A stretch of DNA of 54,458 bases from an uncultured Candidatus Saccharibacteria bacterium. Lineage in GTDB: Bacteria > Patescibacteriota > Minisyncoccia > Phycocordibacterales > CSBR16-119. The notes beneath the pieces are model-generated. The model did no database searches. It worked only from the letters and a program-made list of their open reading frames with translations, and was not told the DNA's origin. The DNA is taken from NCBI GenBank assembly GCA_964490365.1, contig CAZBAG010000001.1, forward strand, positions 1 through 54,458, written 5' to 3'. This document shows, one piece after another, positions 27,751 through 36,030 of the stretch (its first letter is position 1; every line of letters begins with the position of its first letter). Made by a program: the position numbers and the translations under genes.

Positions 27751-28077
27751 ATGAAAATCTATATGACCGCCACGTTCACGATGATCCCTGGGTTGGTAGA
27801 AGAATTCAGAACCTGGATGAGGGACGACTTTTTGAAAAAGATCAGCAGTGAAGAACGTGCCGAAGGTATCTGTGGTCTCACCATCGATATGACAGATCCT
27901 TTGAAGAAACTCTGCTATCGGCTTGAATTCCGGAGTGAACAAGATCTCAAAGTCCACCAACTCTATTTGGCAGGAGCGGCAGACACCTATTTCAGTCAGA
28001 AATGGCTTGCACCCATGCAGCAAGGTAACTTGACCGCAATGATTGTTGTCGGACCAGAACATCAGTTCCGTATCTGA
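27751..28077 (+). CDS. cassette 2: hypothetical 108-aa alpha+beta protein (possibly DUF4286 / dimeric alpha-beta-barrel-like)
   Basis: ATG at 27751 (MKIYMTATFTMIPGLVEEFRTWMRDDFLKK...). The track ORF start at 27649 lies inside the junction and promoter. Family resemblance is weak. Confidence 0.5.
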   Translation: MKIYMTATFTMIPGLVEEFRTWMRDDFLKKISSEERAEGICGLTIDMTDPLKKLCYRLEFRSEQDLKVHQLYLAGAADTYFSQKWLAPMQQGNLTAMIVVGPEHQFRI

Positions 28078-28082
28078 TCAAG

Positions 28083-28127
28083 CCCGCCCTTGTACGGAAA
28101 GCCCGTCGCAATGGCGGGTTTTCTTTT
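28083..28127 (+). terminator. cassette 2 terminator
   Basis: CCCGCC...GGCGGG stem closing a 24-nt loop, followed by TTTTCTTTT. Confidence 0.65.
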
Positions 28128-28197
28128 ACTCCAAAATCTCCCTCAATCTCACTAACTCATCCACCATTTGTTTCGTCAAAACATTTTTGTGCTCCAC
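28126..28197 (-). CDS. candidate 23-codon micro-ORF (or relic gene 3' end) inside junction copy 3
   Basis: Minus strand: GTG-EHKNVLTKQMVDELVRLREILE-TAA. An in-frame TAA lies two codons upstream of the GTG. Confidence 0.35.
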   Translation of the reverse strand: MEHKNVLTKQMVDELVRLREILE

Positions 28198-28237
28198 AAA
28201 TTAGGGAAGCCAGATTTAGTTCTGGTTTTTCTTTTTG
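28128..28237 (+). repeat. junction repeat copy 3: conserved 71-nt block plus terminator hairpin
   Basis: ACTCCAAAATCTCCCTCAATCTCACTAACTCATCCACCATTTGTTTCGTCAAAACATTTTTGTGCTCCACA + AATTAGGGAAGCCAGA-TTTAGT-TCTGGTTTTTCTTTTTG. Confidence 0.85.
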
Positions 28238-28251
28238 GTAAATGGTTATTC

Positions 28252-28279
28252 TTGACATAAATAAAAAATATTGTAATAT
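28252..28279 (+). promoter_or_regulatory. cassette 3 promoter
   Basis: TTGACA-16 nt-TAATAT. Confidence 0.6.
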
Positions 28280-28304
28280 ATTCAATAAAGAAAATAACAA
28301 GCAC

Positions 28305-28589
28305 ATGCCACAATTATCAGCACCAGCATCGTATCTTAATGCAAGGCGTCCACCTCTTCAAGAAGCATTGGAACTTGAAGGAGGAACTCTCACAGAAAGT
28401 ATGGAATCTTTGGAGAGGAAGGGTTGCTTCACTCCTCTACCTACACCATGGGAGCTTGGATCTCATGATCAAGGAATGGGTCGATCTAGTTTTGCTGTAC
28501 TAGACTGCTTCGGAGATGTTGTAGTTGAAGTCAAAGACAAGCCGACGGCAGAGCTCATCATCGCTGCGGTGAATGCTCATCGGAAATAA
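28305..28589 (+). CDS. cassette 3a: hypothetical 94-aa protein
   Basis: ATG at 28305 (MPQLSAPASY...). The C-terminal ...FAVLDCFGDVVVEVKDKPTAELIIAAVNAH resembles small phage- or island-borne proteins ending in a ...A.LIAAAP...-type helix. Weak call. Confidence 0.5.
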   Translation: MPQLSAPASYLNARRPPLQEALELEGGTLTESMESLERKGCFTPLPTPWELGSHDQGMGRSSFAVLDCFGDVVVEVKDKPTAELIIAAVNAHRK

Positions 28590-28592
28590 GAA

Positions 28593-28805
28593 ATGCACAT
28601 GGCAAAAGGATCTCAAAAAAGTATGTTCTTTTTCCAAAAGAGCACGAGAGAGGAGAACTCTTTTCTTCTTGGGGTCAATCATGAGTTTTCGGGTGATATA
28701 ACCCTGCAGAACTTACTTGATTTTCTTCAAGAGAAGAAGATCAAGCCCAGTGATGTTCCCATAAGGGGTACTCATACATTCAATGTGTCACAGAAGAAAA
28801 AATAA
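28593..28805 (+). CDS. cassette 3b: hypothetical 70-aa protein
   Basis: ORF starting 3 nt after the 3a stop, followed by a strong terminator. No recognised family. Confidence 0.45.
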   Translation: MHMAKGSQKSMFFFQKSTREENSFLLGVNHEFSGDITLQNLLDFLQEKKIKPSDVPIRGTHTFNVSQKKK

Positions 28806-28806
28806 C

Positions 28807-28844
28807 CACCCGTAAGGAAATGCCTTAACGGGTGTTTTCTTTTC
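28807..28844 (+). terminator. cassette 3 terminator
   Basis: 12-bp stem CACCCGTAAGG / CCTTAACGGGTG with a 5-nt loop, followed by TTTTCTTTTCC. Confidence 0.8.
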
Positions 28845-28881
28845 CATGCGGGCTTCTTTTTATTTGTGTTACTATTTCTCT

Positions 28882-29991
28882 ATGACAAAACAAACAATTA
28901 TTTTTCTTCTTTCTTTTGGCACGCTTGCGCTCGGGCTTTCGTTTTTTACTTCATATGTCTATACGAAAGTGTTTCCAATGAGTGTACAACTTTCCTACGG
29001 TGTTAAAATCGCAGGTGTTGTTTTTCCACTCCTTTTTATTCTTGTAAATGTGCTGAGTCGAGTATCTGAGGCCCTTTTTGTAAAGTGGCTGTATACGATT
29101 GTGAATGTTGGCGCTGGCTTTGCATTTTATTTACTTCTTGGTGCACTCGTGCTTGGCTTCTTGTTCAGTCTTTACACCATGGTTGGCGCGTCAATGTCAG
29201 TATATCTTTCTAAAGTTGTTTTAATTATTGTACTTATATTGCCTACAATAGGTCTTTTGCAGGCTCGAACCATTACAAAAGTGTCACATCAAGTTGCTCT
29301 AGAAAACCTACCACCAGAATGGCAGGGTAAAAAAGCCATTCTATTTTCTGATTCGCATTATGGTTTAGTAAATCATACTAAAGCTGCACGAAGACTCGTG
29401 CGCGTTATGTTGCAGGAAAATCCTGACATGGTTTTTATCGCAGGAGATCTTTTTGATGGTCCAAATGTTACAACAGACTCGCTCACAGAAGCTTGGAAAG
29501 ATTTGTCTCTTACAACGCCTGTCTTTTATGCACCAGGAAATCATGAGGAATATGGTGACTACAGAAAGTTTCTACAAGCAACCCAAGAAGGGGGCTTTAC
29601 CATTCTTGAGGATAGCGTCCTCACGCACAATGGCGTACAAATTGCAGGTATTTTGTATCGTGCTAAAGGACAAGAAAGCGAAGTCTCTAATGTCCTTAAA
29701 AATATGCAGCTTGACCAAGCTCTACCAGCCATCTTGATTAGCCATCCTCCTACCTTTTTAGATATTGCTAATGCAGAAAATATTGATCTTATGTTCTCAG
29801 GACATACTCATAAAGGGCAATTTTGGCCACTGAACTACATTACAAAAGCAATCTACGGTAATTATCATTACGGACTACATACTTATGCTGATCTACAAGT
29901 ACTTACTACAAGTGGGGTTGGAACAGCCGGACCACCATTTAGACTATTTAATACGCCAGAAATTGTAGAAATTACATTCGTATCTAAGTAA
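28882..29991 (+). CDS. membrane-bound calcineurin-like metallophosphoesterase
   Basis: ATG at 28882. Four to five N-terminal TM helices, then phosphoesterase motifs (LFSDSHYG, AGDLFDG, GNHE, GHTH). Confidence 0.85.
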   Translation: MTKQTIIFLLSFGTLALGLSFFTSYVYTKVFPMSVQLSYGVKIAGVVFPLLFILVNVLSRVSEALFVKWLYTIVNVGAGFAFYLLLGALVLGFLFSLYTMVGASMSVYLSKVVLIIVLILPTIGLLQARTITKVSHQVALENLPPEWQGKKAILFSDSHYGLVNHTKAARRLVRVMLQENPDMVFIAGDLFDGPNVTTDSLTEAWKDLSLTTPVFYAPGNHEEYGDYRKFLQATQEGGFTILEDSVLTHNGVQIAGILYRAKGQESEVSNVLKNMQLDQALPAILISHPPTFLDIANAENIDLMFSGHTHKGQFWPLNYITKAIYGNYHYGLHTYADLQVLTTSGVGTAGPPFRLFNTPEIVEITFVSK

Positions 29992-30083
29992 ATACTATCC
30001 ACAACTTTGTTGACAGGGTATCTAATAAATAGTGCTATACTTTTTCTAAGTAAATTTTTTATTAGTTATTTTTTATAAACTCT

Positions 30084-31961
30084 ATGAGTCAAAGAAATAC
30101 CCAGGGAACTTCCCCAAAAAATCTTCTCAGTGCTTTTCTATTACTTGCAATTATTGGCGTGATCGGTTTTTTTATCTACCCAGCTATTATTTATCAGAAA
30201 GATGCTCCAGGGATACCTTCTGGCTTAGAAGGTGAGTCGGGCGACGAAGATGTTACTCTGATATGGATTGCCCCTGAAAGCAATGACGCTCCAATTAGTT
30301 CTTATTTAATAAAAGTTGCCGATCAAGACGGAAAAGACCCGCAGGTTGTCCAATCAGAAGGATCTGCGACTGAATACAAGGTTGTAGGGCTTACAAACGG
30401 ACTCATATACACTTTTTCAGTTGCCGCCCGTAATGAATTCGGCGATAGTGAGTTTAGCGAGGAAATACAAGTCAAACCAGATGAAAAAGATGGTGGGGGC
30501 GACAGTGAATTTCCTGGTGTGACAGATTTTCAAGTCTCTGCTGAGTCTTCCTCGATAATGCTCAGCTGGACACCACCTACTGGTGATACAAAGGAGCTCC
30601 AAGGATATGTTATCCGTTATAAACAACCTATTAATGAAAATTATACTGAAGAATATGTTGGATCGGATAAAAACGAATATACTATTGAGGGTCTAAAAAG
30701 TGGAACAGAATATTTAGTTCACATGTATGTGAAATATAATGAAGGTGATAGTGACCTTTCTGAAGAGCGAAGCATAACAACTTCTAGTAATGGAGGAGGT
30801 GGAGACGATGGCGAACTTTCATTCTCTGATGCACCATCTGTTTCGATAACAAGTACAAGTGCTCAGATTACATGGGGTACATCAAAATCTGCTTCATCAC
30901 AAGTCTACTATGGAGCAACAGACAATATGGGTTACATGACTGAGAAAATGAATACAACCCCAAGGGTGACCGGACACACTGTTTCTCTCACAAATCTTGT
31001 ACCATGTACGGCATATGTCTATAAAGTCGCGTCATTTGATGCCTCAGAAAACGGTATTGAAAGTACATCAGGGGAATTTACTACAAAAGGATGTAAGGGA
31101 GACGCAACAGTTATTGTAGCTGAAAAAGGTCAAGCAACCGTAAGTACTGGTGTTACGGTTAATGCAAAAGAATCTGGAAGGGGAATCTCTGTCGTGGTTC
31201 CACCAGCGGTTGTTGCCGGTAAAGAGCTTGCTATCCAAGCGCTCAAAGTTTCTCGAGAGGAGGTAAAAGAAGAAATTTCGAAGCCAGAAGGCAAGGTCTG
31301 GGTTGGGGGTTCGTACGTACTTAACGCCATTGAAGACGCAACTACTGAAATCACTTCGTTCGATAAATCAGTCAGTGTGTCCATTGATTACAACAATACT
31401 GATATTGTGGGTATTGATCCAAACACACTCAAAATTTGGCACTATGAAGATGGCGCTGGTTGGAGACAACTTTCATCATGTTCTGTGGTGATCAATGGTG
31501 TCGGTGGAACAGTAACCTGTCAAACATCCTCGTTCTCAGTCTTCGGTCTCTTTGGTGATTCTTCAAGTAATAATCAATCTGATAGCCCTGAAGCTTCATC
31601 TGGTCCAAATAGTAGTGGCTCTACTCCAAAAACGGTTGTCGTAAACACTCCGACATCTCCAGCTCCTGTAGTTCCACCAACTAATAGTGCAAAATTCACA
31701 AAAGATCTTTGGTACCAGATTCAAGATGTCGAAGTCGTAATGCTTCAAAAGTTTCTTAACATGAGCGGATTTAAAGTCTCTGAAACTGGCCCAGGAGCAT
31801 CTGGAGAAGAGACAGATTATTTTGGTTCAAAAACAAGAGATGCACTGGTGCGATTTCAAGAGGCATACAAGGACAAGATTCTTACTCCGCTCGGACTTAC
31901 CGTGGGCATAGGATTCTTTGGTCCTCAAACACGAAATTTCATAAATTCTTTATCAAACTAA
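30084..31961 (+). CDS. membrane-anchored surface protein: 3 fibronectin-III-like domains, beta-rich domain, Ser/Pro linker, C-terminal peptidoglycan-binding (PG_binding_1-like) domain
   Basis: 625 aa. N-terminal TM helix. FN3-like repeats (VTLIWIAP...YTFSVAARNEFG; IMLSWTPP...YLVHMYV; AQITWGTS...YVYKVASFD). C-terminus VVMLQKFLNMSGF...GSKTRDALVRFQ. Confidence 0.8.
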   Translation: MSQRNTQGTSPKNLLSAFLLLAIIGVIGFFIYPAIIYQKDAPGIPSGLEGESGDEDVTLIWIAPESNDAPISSYLIKVADQDGKDPQVVQSEGSATEYKVVGLTNGLIYTFSVAARNEFGDSEFSEEIQVKPDEKDGGGDSEFPGVTDFQVSAESSSIMLSWTPPTGDTKELQGYVIRYKQPINENYTEEYVGSDKNEYTIEGLKSGTEYLVHMYVKYNEGDSDLSEERSITTSSNGGGGDDGELSFSDAPSVSITSTSAQITWGTSKSASSQVYYGATDNMGYMTEKMNTTPRVTGHTVSLTNLVPCTAYVYKVASFDASENGIESTSGEFTTKGCKGDATVIVAEKGQATVSTGVTVNAKESGRGISVVVPPAVVAGKELAIQALKVSREEVKEEISKPEGKVWVGGSYVLNAIEDATTEITSFDKSVSVSIDYNNTDIVGIDPNTLKIWHYEDGAGWRQLSSCSVVINGVGGTVTCQTSSFSVFGLFGDSSSNNQSDSPEASSGPNSSGSTPKTVVVNTPTSPAPVVPPTNSAKFTKDLWYQIQDVEVVMLQKFLNMSGFKVSETGPGASGEETDYFGSKTRDALVRFQEAYKDKILTPLGLTVGIGFFGPQTRNFINSLSN

Positions 31962-31982
31962 AAAGAAAATAACCCAATAAAA

Positions 31983-32014
31983 ACAAGCACTTTTTTGACA
32001 AAAGTGCTTGTTTT
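31983..32014 (+). terminator. intrinsic terminator
   Basis: 12-bp stem ACAAGCACTTTT / AAAAGTGCTTGT with a 5-nt loop, followed by TTTT. Confidence 0.85.
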
Positions 32015-32047
32015 GCTATGCTAGGTGAAGCTTTACAAATACGGCAC

Positions 32048-32077
32048 TTGACAAACTAGATACATATAGTGTATAAT
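32048..32077 (+). promoter_or_regulatory. promoter of the 1222-aa surface-protein gene
   Basis: TTGACA-18 nt-TATAAT. Implies a 5' UTR of about 150 nt before the ATG at 32232. Confidence 0.65.
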
Positions 32078-32231
32078 AAGCCCCGTATAAAACCCTAAAA
32101 CTTAAAAACCAATAAGGGTCAGCATTGTTCATTCAGAGACATATAAGAGACAAAAATCTTTTGTATGTGTCCTTTATAAGTTAGTAACGAAGGAAAGCTT
32201 ATTAGTTTTATTAAAAGACATATTTAATTAT

Positions 32232-35200
32232 ATGAAGAAATTCAAGAAAAATCTTTCAAAGACAATTTTTGCTTCTTTCTTTGTTTTTCAATTTGTGGTT
32301 TCGACCTCAGTCATGCCTCTTATTGTAAACGCGGAAGACATTGTCTCTGAGTCATCAGACACCCAATCTTCTTCTGAAGAAAAGGTATCTGAGGCTACAA
32401 AAGAAGAAGGTGCTTCTTTTGAAGAATCTACAGGCCAAGAAAGTTCTGAATCATCTGATTCTGAAGTTTCAGGTCCTGAAGTAGATTTATCTACAACAGA
32501 AGAAAAGCCTTCTGAAGAAATTAAAGAAGAGGAATCAAAACCTGCTTCTGATATTTCAAAAGAACCAACAAAGCCAACAGAAGAAAAACCAGGTAAACCA
32601 ACAAAACCTGAAGATGGTAAAAAATCATCTGCGACTGTTCGCGTATGTAAGGTTATTTTGGATGAAAATGGTAACCAAGTAGAAGGTGCAGAATTTCCTG
32701 GCGCAGAGTTTTCTCTGACTCTTGGTATTCAAGGTGGTCTTAAAACAGTCACTCTTGCTGCAGACGACTATGCAGACAAGCGATTTGTATATGAAGGTGG
32801 AAACGCTTTTCATGCAATGTGCGATGAAACTGTACTTGAATTCGATCCATCACTTGTTGTTGGTGGAACAGTCTATGCAAAGTATTTCGAAGAAGAAACC
32901 TCTGGTGACTATCTTTGGAAAGAAAACTATAACGACGGAGACGTAAGCGGAGATGCTGGTTTTGAAAATAAATACTGGTCATACTTCGACGAGGGCGGCC
33001 TAAATGATTTAGCCGATGGAAAACTTATTCTTACTGGTAACACAGCTACTGGTTTTGAAGGAAAAATTCTACTTGTTAACAAATTTGACAAGTATGTTGA
33101 TCCAACCGCAACAAACAAAGGTTCAATTACTGTTTGTAAAATTATTGCAAAACAAGTAAATGGAACAACAACTCTTGCATCTGCAAGTGAGGTTCCAGGA
33201 TACACCTTTACTGTTCCATGGATCGATGAACCAACAACACCTGGTACACAAGGTTTTAACTCTCAACCAGTTATCTCTCCAGATGCAACCTTTGCAACAA
33301 ACTCATTTGCGCCAAATAAGAAAATTCTTTCAAGTTCAAATGGAAACGATGCAATGTGTCAAACATTTCCTAACCTAACTCTAGGAAGTTACTACTACGG
33401 AGAAGAAACTATTGCGGGCGGAGACGGCTTCGTAACATGGACTACAAAATACAGTGACCAAGTACTCCTTCCAGTAAATGATTTCGGTGATGTTGATACA
33501 TACCGAAACAATATTTTTACGGTAGGACTTGATCTTGCTGCTGACCCTAAAGGTAGTATCGATGCTAACGGAAATGCCTTCAACACGAATGCTGACGGAC
33601 ACATCGTACTCAATAGAAGTAATGCTGGCCGAAACCGAACAATTGTGGTTGTAAATATCTTTGATGACAAACGAACACCACCAAAGTTCTGTGAGTCTAC
33701 ACGAAACCTTATCACCAACCCTTCATTTGAAACTCCAGAAGTTTCAAACGCTGGATGGGATATTTACGGAAATGGAACAGCAGGCCTTGGATGGACTGTT
33801 GCATGGAATGGTATTAATCCTAACGTAGCCCCAAAACTTGAACTCCAAGAAAATGTTTCAGGTTGGGATGCTCACACAGGAGATCAATATGCTGAACTTG
33901 ATGCAGATCAAAATGGACACGTTGGAAACCTTAACGGTGAACCAGCATCGACAAAGATCTCACAAGTAATCAACACTGTTCCTGGTCAATTCTACAAAGT
34001 AACGTATCACTTCGCTGCGCGACCAGGTACACCAGAATCAGACAACCGACTTGGTTTCTATGTTGATGGTGAACTCTATGACGATGTAAGTGCTTCAGGT
34101 CTTGGTCTAACACAACCATACTGGCAAACACGAATCTTCGCATTTTACGCGGAGGGAACTCAAACAACTATTTCATTTGCTGACCTTGGAAATCCAAATT
34201 CTTTCGGAACATTCCTTGATAGTGTAGAAGTAGTGTGTGTTGATGACGAAGATCCACAAAATACACCACCAAAAATTATCGTAAACCCACTCGAAGTGTG
34301 TTTACCAACATCAGCAGAATCATATAAATTCCTTTCTGGTGTATCTGCACAAGATGCAGAAGACGGAGACCTTACAAGCGAAATAACATTTACTCCAAAC
34401 ACTATTGTTTTCGGAACATCAGGTACTCATTCGATAGAGTACTCGGTAACCGACAGTAATGGAGCGACAGTAACTGCAACACGAACAATTTTAATTAAAG
34501 AAAATTGTGGTGGAGGCGGTGGCGACAAACATCCAACAATTACACTTCCAGAAAATCAATGTTATGAAGTTGGAACAACAAACTTTAATTTCTTAACAGG
34601 AGTTGTTGCTCGAGATTCTGAAGGAAATCTATTCACTCTTGATCTTGTAGCGCACGTAACTGGAGAACAAAATATTGACTTTACTCAAGTTGGACAAGAT
34701 CCTGATCTTGTAACCTACAAGTTCACAGATCCTTATACAGGAGAAATTGCAGAAGTTACTCGATCATTCTTTATCTCAGCAGACTGTGATAACGGTGGAG
34801 GCGGAGATGATGAAGATCCAACAATTACTATTAGTGGCGGAGCGTGTATCCTTACATCAGCAACTTCTTTTGACTTCATGTCAGGGGTTACGGTAACTGA
34901 TGACGAAGGAGCAGGAAACGTAACTACTACAAACGATGGCTCTACTGTAGTTACATTCGGTACAGCAGGAACATACACAGTAACCTATACAGCAACAGAT
35001 TCTGACGGTAATACTGCAACTGCTACTCGAACAATTACAATCGACGAAGATTGTGATAATGGCGGAGGTGGAGGCGGAGATGATGATCTTGTTCTCGACA
35101 TTAGCGATGCTTGTGTGGAACGAGGAGCAGAAAACTTTGATGTACTTTCAGGTCTTTCTGTGAAATATCTTGGAGAAACAGTAGCTCTTGATGACGAAGC

Positions 35201-35900
35201 TCTTGAAATCACAACAGCTTCAAATCCAACTCTTGATCTTACTACAAACGGATCATACACAATTACCTACACTGTTGAATTCGCAGGAGAAACAGAAACA
35301 ACTGAACGAGTTATCTCAGTACAAGATGATTGTGATAATGGCGGAGGTGGAGGCGGTGGAGGTGGAGGCGGAAGTTCTTCATCAGGCGGTTCTCGAGGTA
35401 ACAGAGGAGAAGTACTTGGTGCTGCAACATGTGTTGCATTCACTACATACAACCGACTTGGAAACAGAGGTGGAGAAATCAAAGCACTACAAACATTCCT
35501 TAACGAATACATGGACGCAGGACTTACAGTAGACGGTGTGTACGGAAGAACAACAGCACAAGCTGTTCACGACTTCCAAGCATTCCACTGGTCAGAAGTT
35601 ATTGACCCTTGGACACCACCACTTAGTCCAAACACAACAGGCTGGCAATATAAGACAACACGAGCAACAATCAATGCAATTATCGATTGTCCAGAACCTG
35701 CAGTATATCTAGAAGATCCAGGTGTGATGTATGAAGTAACAGAAGTAAAAGACATGAAGCCATTTACAACAGAACAAATGGAAATGATCTACAATTTGCT
35801 TGCAGAAGCACAGTCAGGACAAGTTCTTGGTGCAACAGATTCAAATGTTGTTACTCCAGATATCTTCGATCCTAACTACGATCTCATGTTCGGAAAATAA
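32232..35900 (+). CDS. giant secreted surface protein (modular; PG_binding_1-like C-terminal anchor)
   Basis: 1222 aa. Signal peptide (...PLIVNA/ED). Acidic S/E/P/T/K linker. Two beta-sandwich modules starting V(R/T)VCK. DUF642/CBM-like module (NLITNPSFETPEV...GW...YAELD...PGQFYKVTY). Four Ig-like repeats of about 90 aa resembling DUF5011/HYR, separated by DCDNGGGG linkers. An 11-Gly tract. Then ...GGEIKALQTFLN...GLTVDGVYGRTTAQAVHDFQ. Confidence 0.85.
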   Translation: MKKFKKNLSKTIFASFFVFQFVVSTSVMPLIVNAEDIVSESSDTQSSSEEKVSEATKEEGASFEESTGQESSESSDSEVSGPEVDLSTTEEKPSEEIKEEESKPASDISKEPTKPTEEKPGKPTKPEDGKKSSATVRVCKVILDENGNQVEGAEFPGAEFSLTLGIQGGLKTVTLAADDYADKRFVYEGGNAFHAMCDETVLEFDPSLVVGGTVYAKYFEEETSGDYLWKENYNDGDVSGDAGFENKYWSYFDEGGLNDLADGKLILTGNTATGFEGKILLVNKFDKYVDPTATNKGSITVCKIIAKQVNGTTTLASASEVPGYTFTVPWIDEPTTPGTQGFNSQPVISPDATFATNSFAPNKKILSSSNGNDAMCQTFPNLTLGSYYYGEETIAGGDGFVTWTTKYSDQVLLPVNDFGDVDTYRNNIFTVGLDLAADPKGSIDANGNAFNTNADGHIVLNRSNAGRNRTIVVVNIFDDKRTPPKFCESTRNLITNPSFETPEVSNAGWDIYGNGTAGLGWTVAWNGINPNVAPKLELQENVSGWDAHTGDQYAELDADQNGHVGNLNGEPASTKISQVINTVPGQFYKVTYHFAARPGTPESDNRLGFYVDGELYDDVSASGLGLTQPYWQTRIFAFYAEGTQTTISFADLGNPNSFGTFLDSVEVVCVDDEDPQNTPPKIIVNPLEVCLPTSAESYKFLSGVSAQDAEDGDLTSEITFTPNTIVFGTSGTHSIEYSVTDSNGATVTATRTILIKENCGGGGGDKHPTITLPENQCYEVGTTNFNFLTGVVARDSEGNLFTLDLVAHVTGEQNIDFTQVGQDPDLVTYKFTDPYTGEIAEVTRSFFISADCDNGGGGDDEDPTITISGGACILTSATSFDFMSGVTVTDDEGAGNVTTTNDGSTVVTFGTAGTYTVTYTATDSDGNTATATRTITIDEDCDNGGGGGGDDDLVLDISDACVERGAENFDVLSGLSVKYLGETVALDDEALEITTASNPTLDLTTNGSYTITYTVEFAGETETTERVISVQDDCDNGGGGGGGGGGGSSSSGGSRGNRGEVLGAATCVAFTTYNRLGNRGGEIKALQTFLNEYMDAGLTVDGVYGRTTAQAVHDFQAFHWSEVIDPWTPPLSPNTTGWQYKTTRATINAIIDCPEPAVYLEDPGVMYEVTEVKDMKPFTTEQMEMIYNLLAEAQSGQVLGATDSNVVTPDIFDPNYDLMFGK

Positions 35901-35946
35901 TAAACCAATGATGTAAGAAATGATGTAAGATTTGTTCCTTAAAACA

Positions 35947-35974
35947 AAAAACCCCGAAAGGGGTTTTTTGTTTT
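35947..35974 (+). terminator. intrinsic terminator
   Basis: AAAAACCCC-GAAA-GGGGTTTTT followed by TGTTTT. Confidence 0.88.
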
Positions 35975-36030
35975 CCACAAATAAGCATCTCTCAATTGTG
36001 ATGGTGTTGGTATAATAGATTCAAATTATT

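Noticed and set aside
26835-28237. Whether the 71-nt conserved junction blocks are degenerate tRNA genes. They have about the length of a tRNA, end in CTCCACA like the tRNA-Ala 3' end, and are followed by the same terminator.
   Set aside because: No acceptor-stem complementarity and no D- or T-arm (no GTTCGAATC-like box) can be drawn. Similarity to tRNA-Ala is limited to roughly the last 10-25 nt.
26766-28845. A classical integron or prophage interpretation of the cassette array.
   Set aside because: No intI-like or phage integrase gene and no attC-type imperfect inverted repeats are present. The cassettes carry their own promoters, unlike integron cassettes. I therefore describe it only as an att-duplication-like array.
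34500-35400. Periodic repeats (DCDNGGGG linkers, GGN tract) considered as a possible CRISPR or other non-coding repeat array.
   Set aside because: They are in frame within one long ORF, with a period of about 275-285 nt and diverged repeat bodies that encode Ig-like domains. No short conserved direct repeats with unique spacers occur anywhere in the window.
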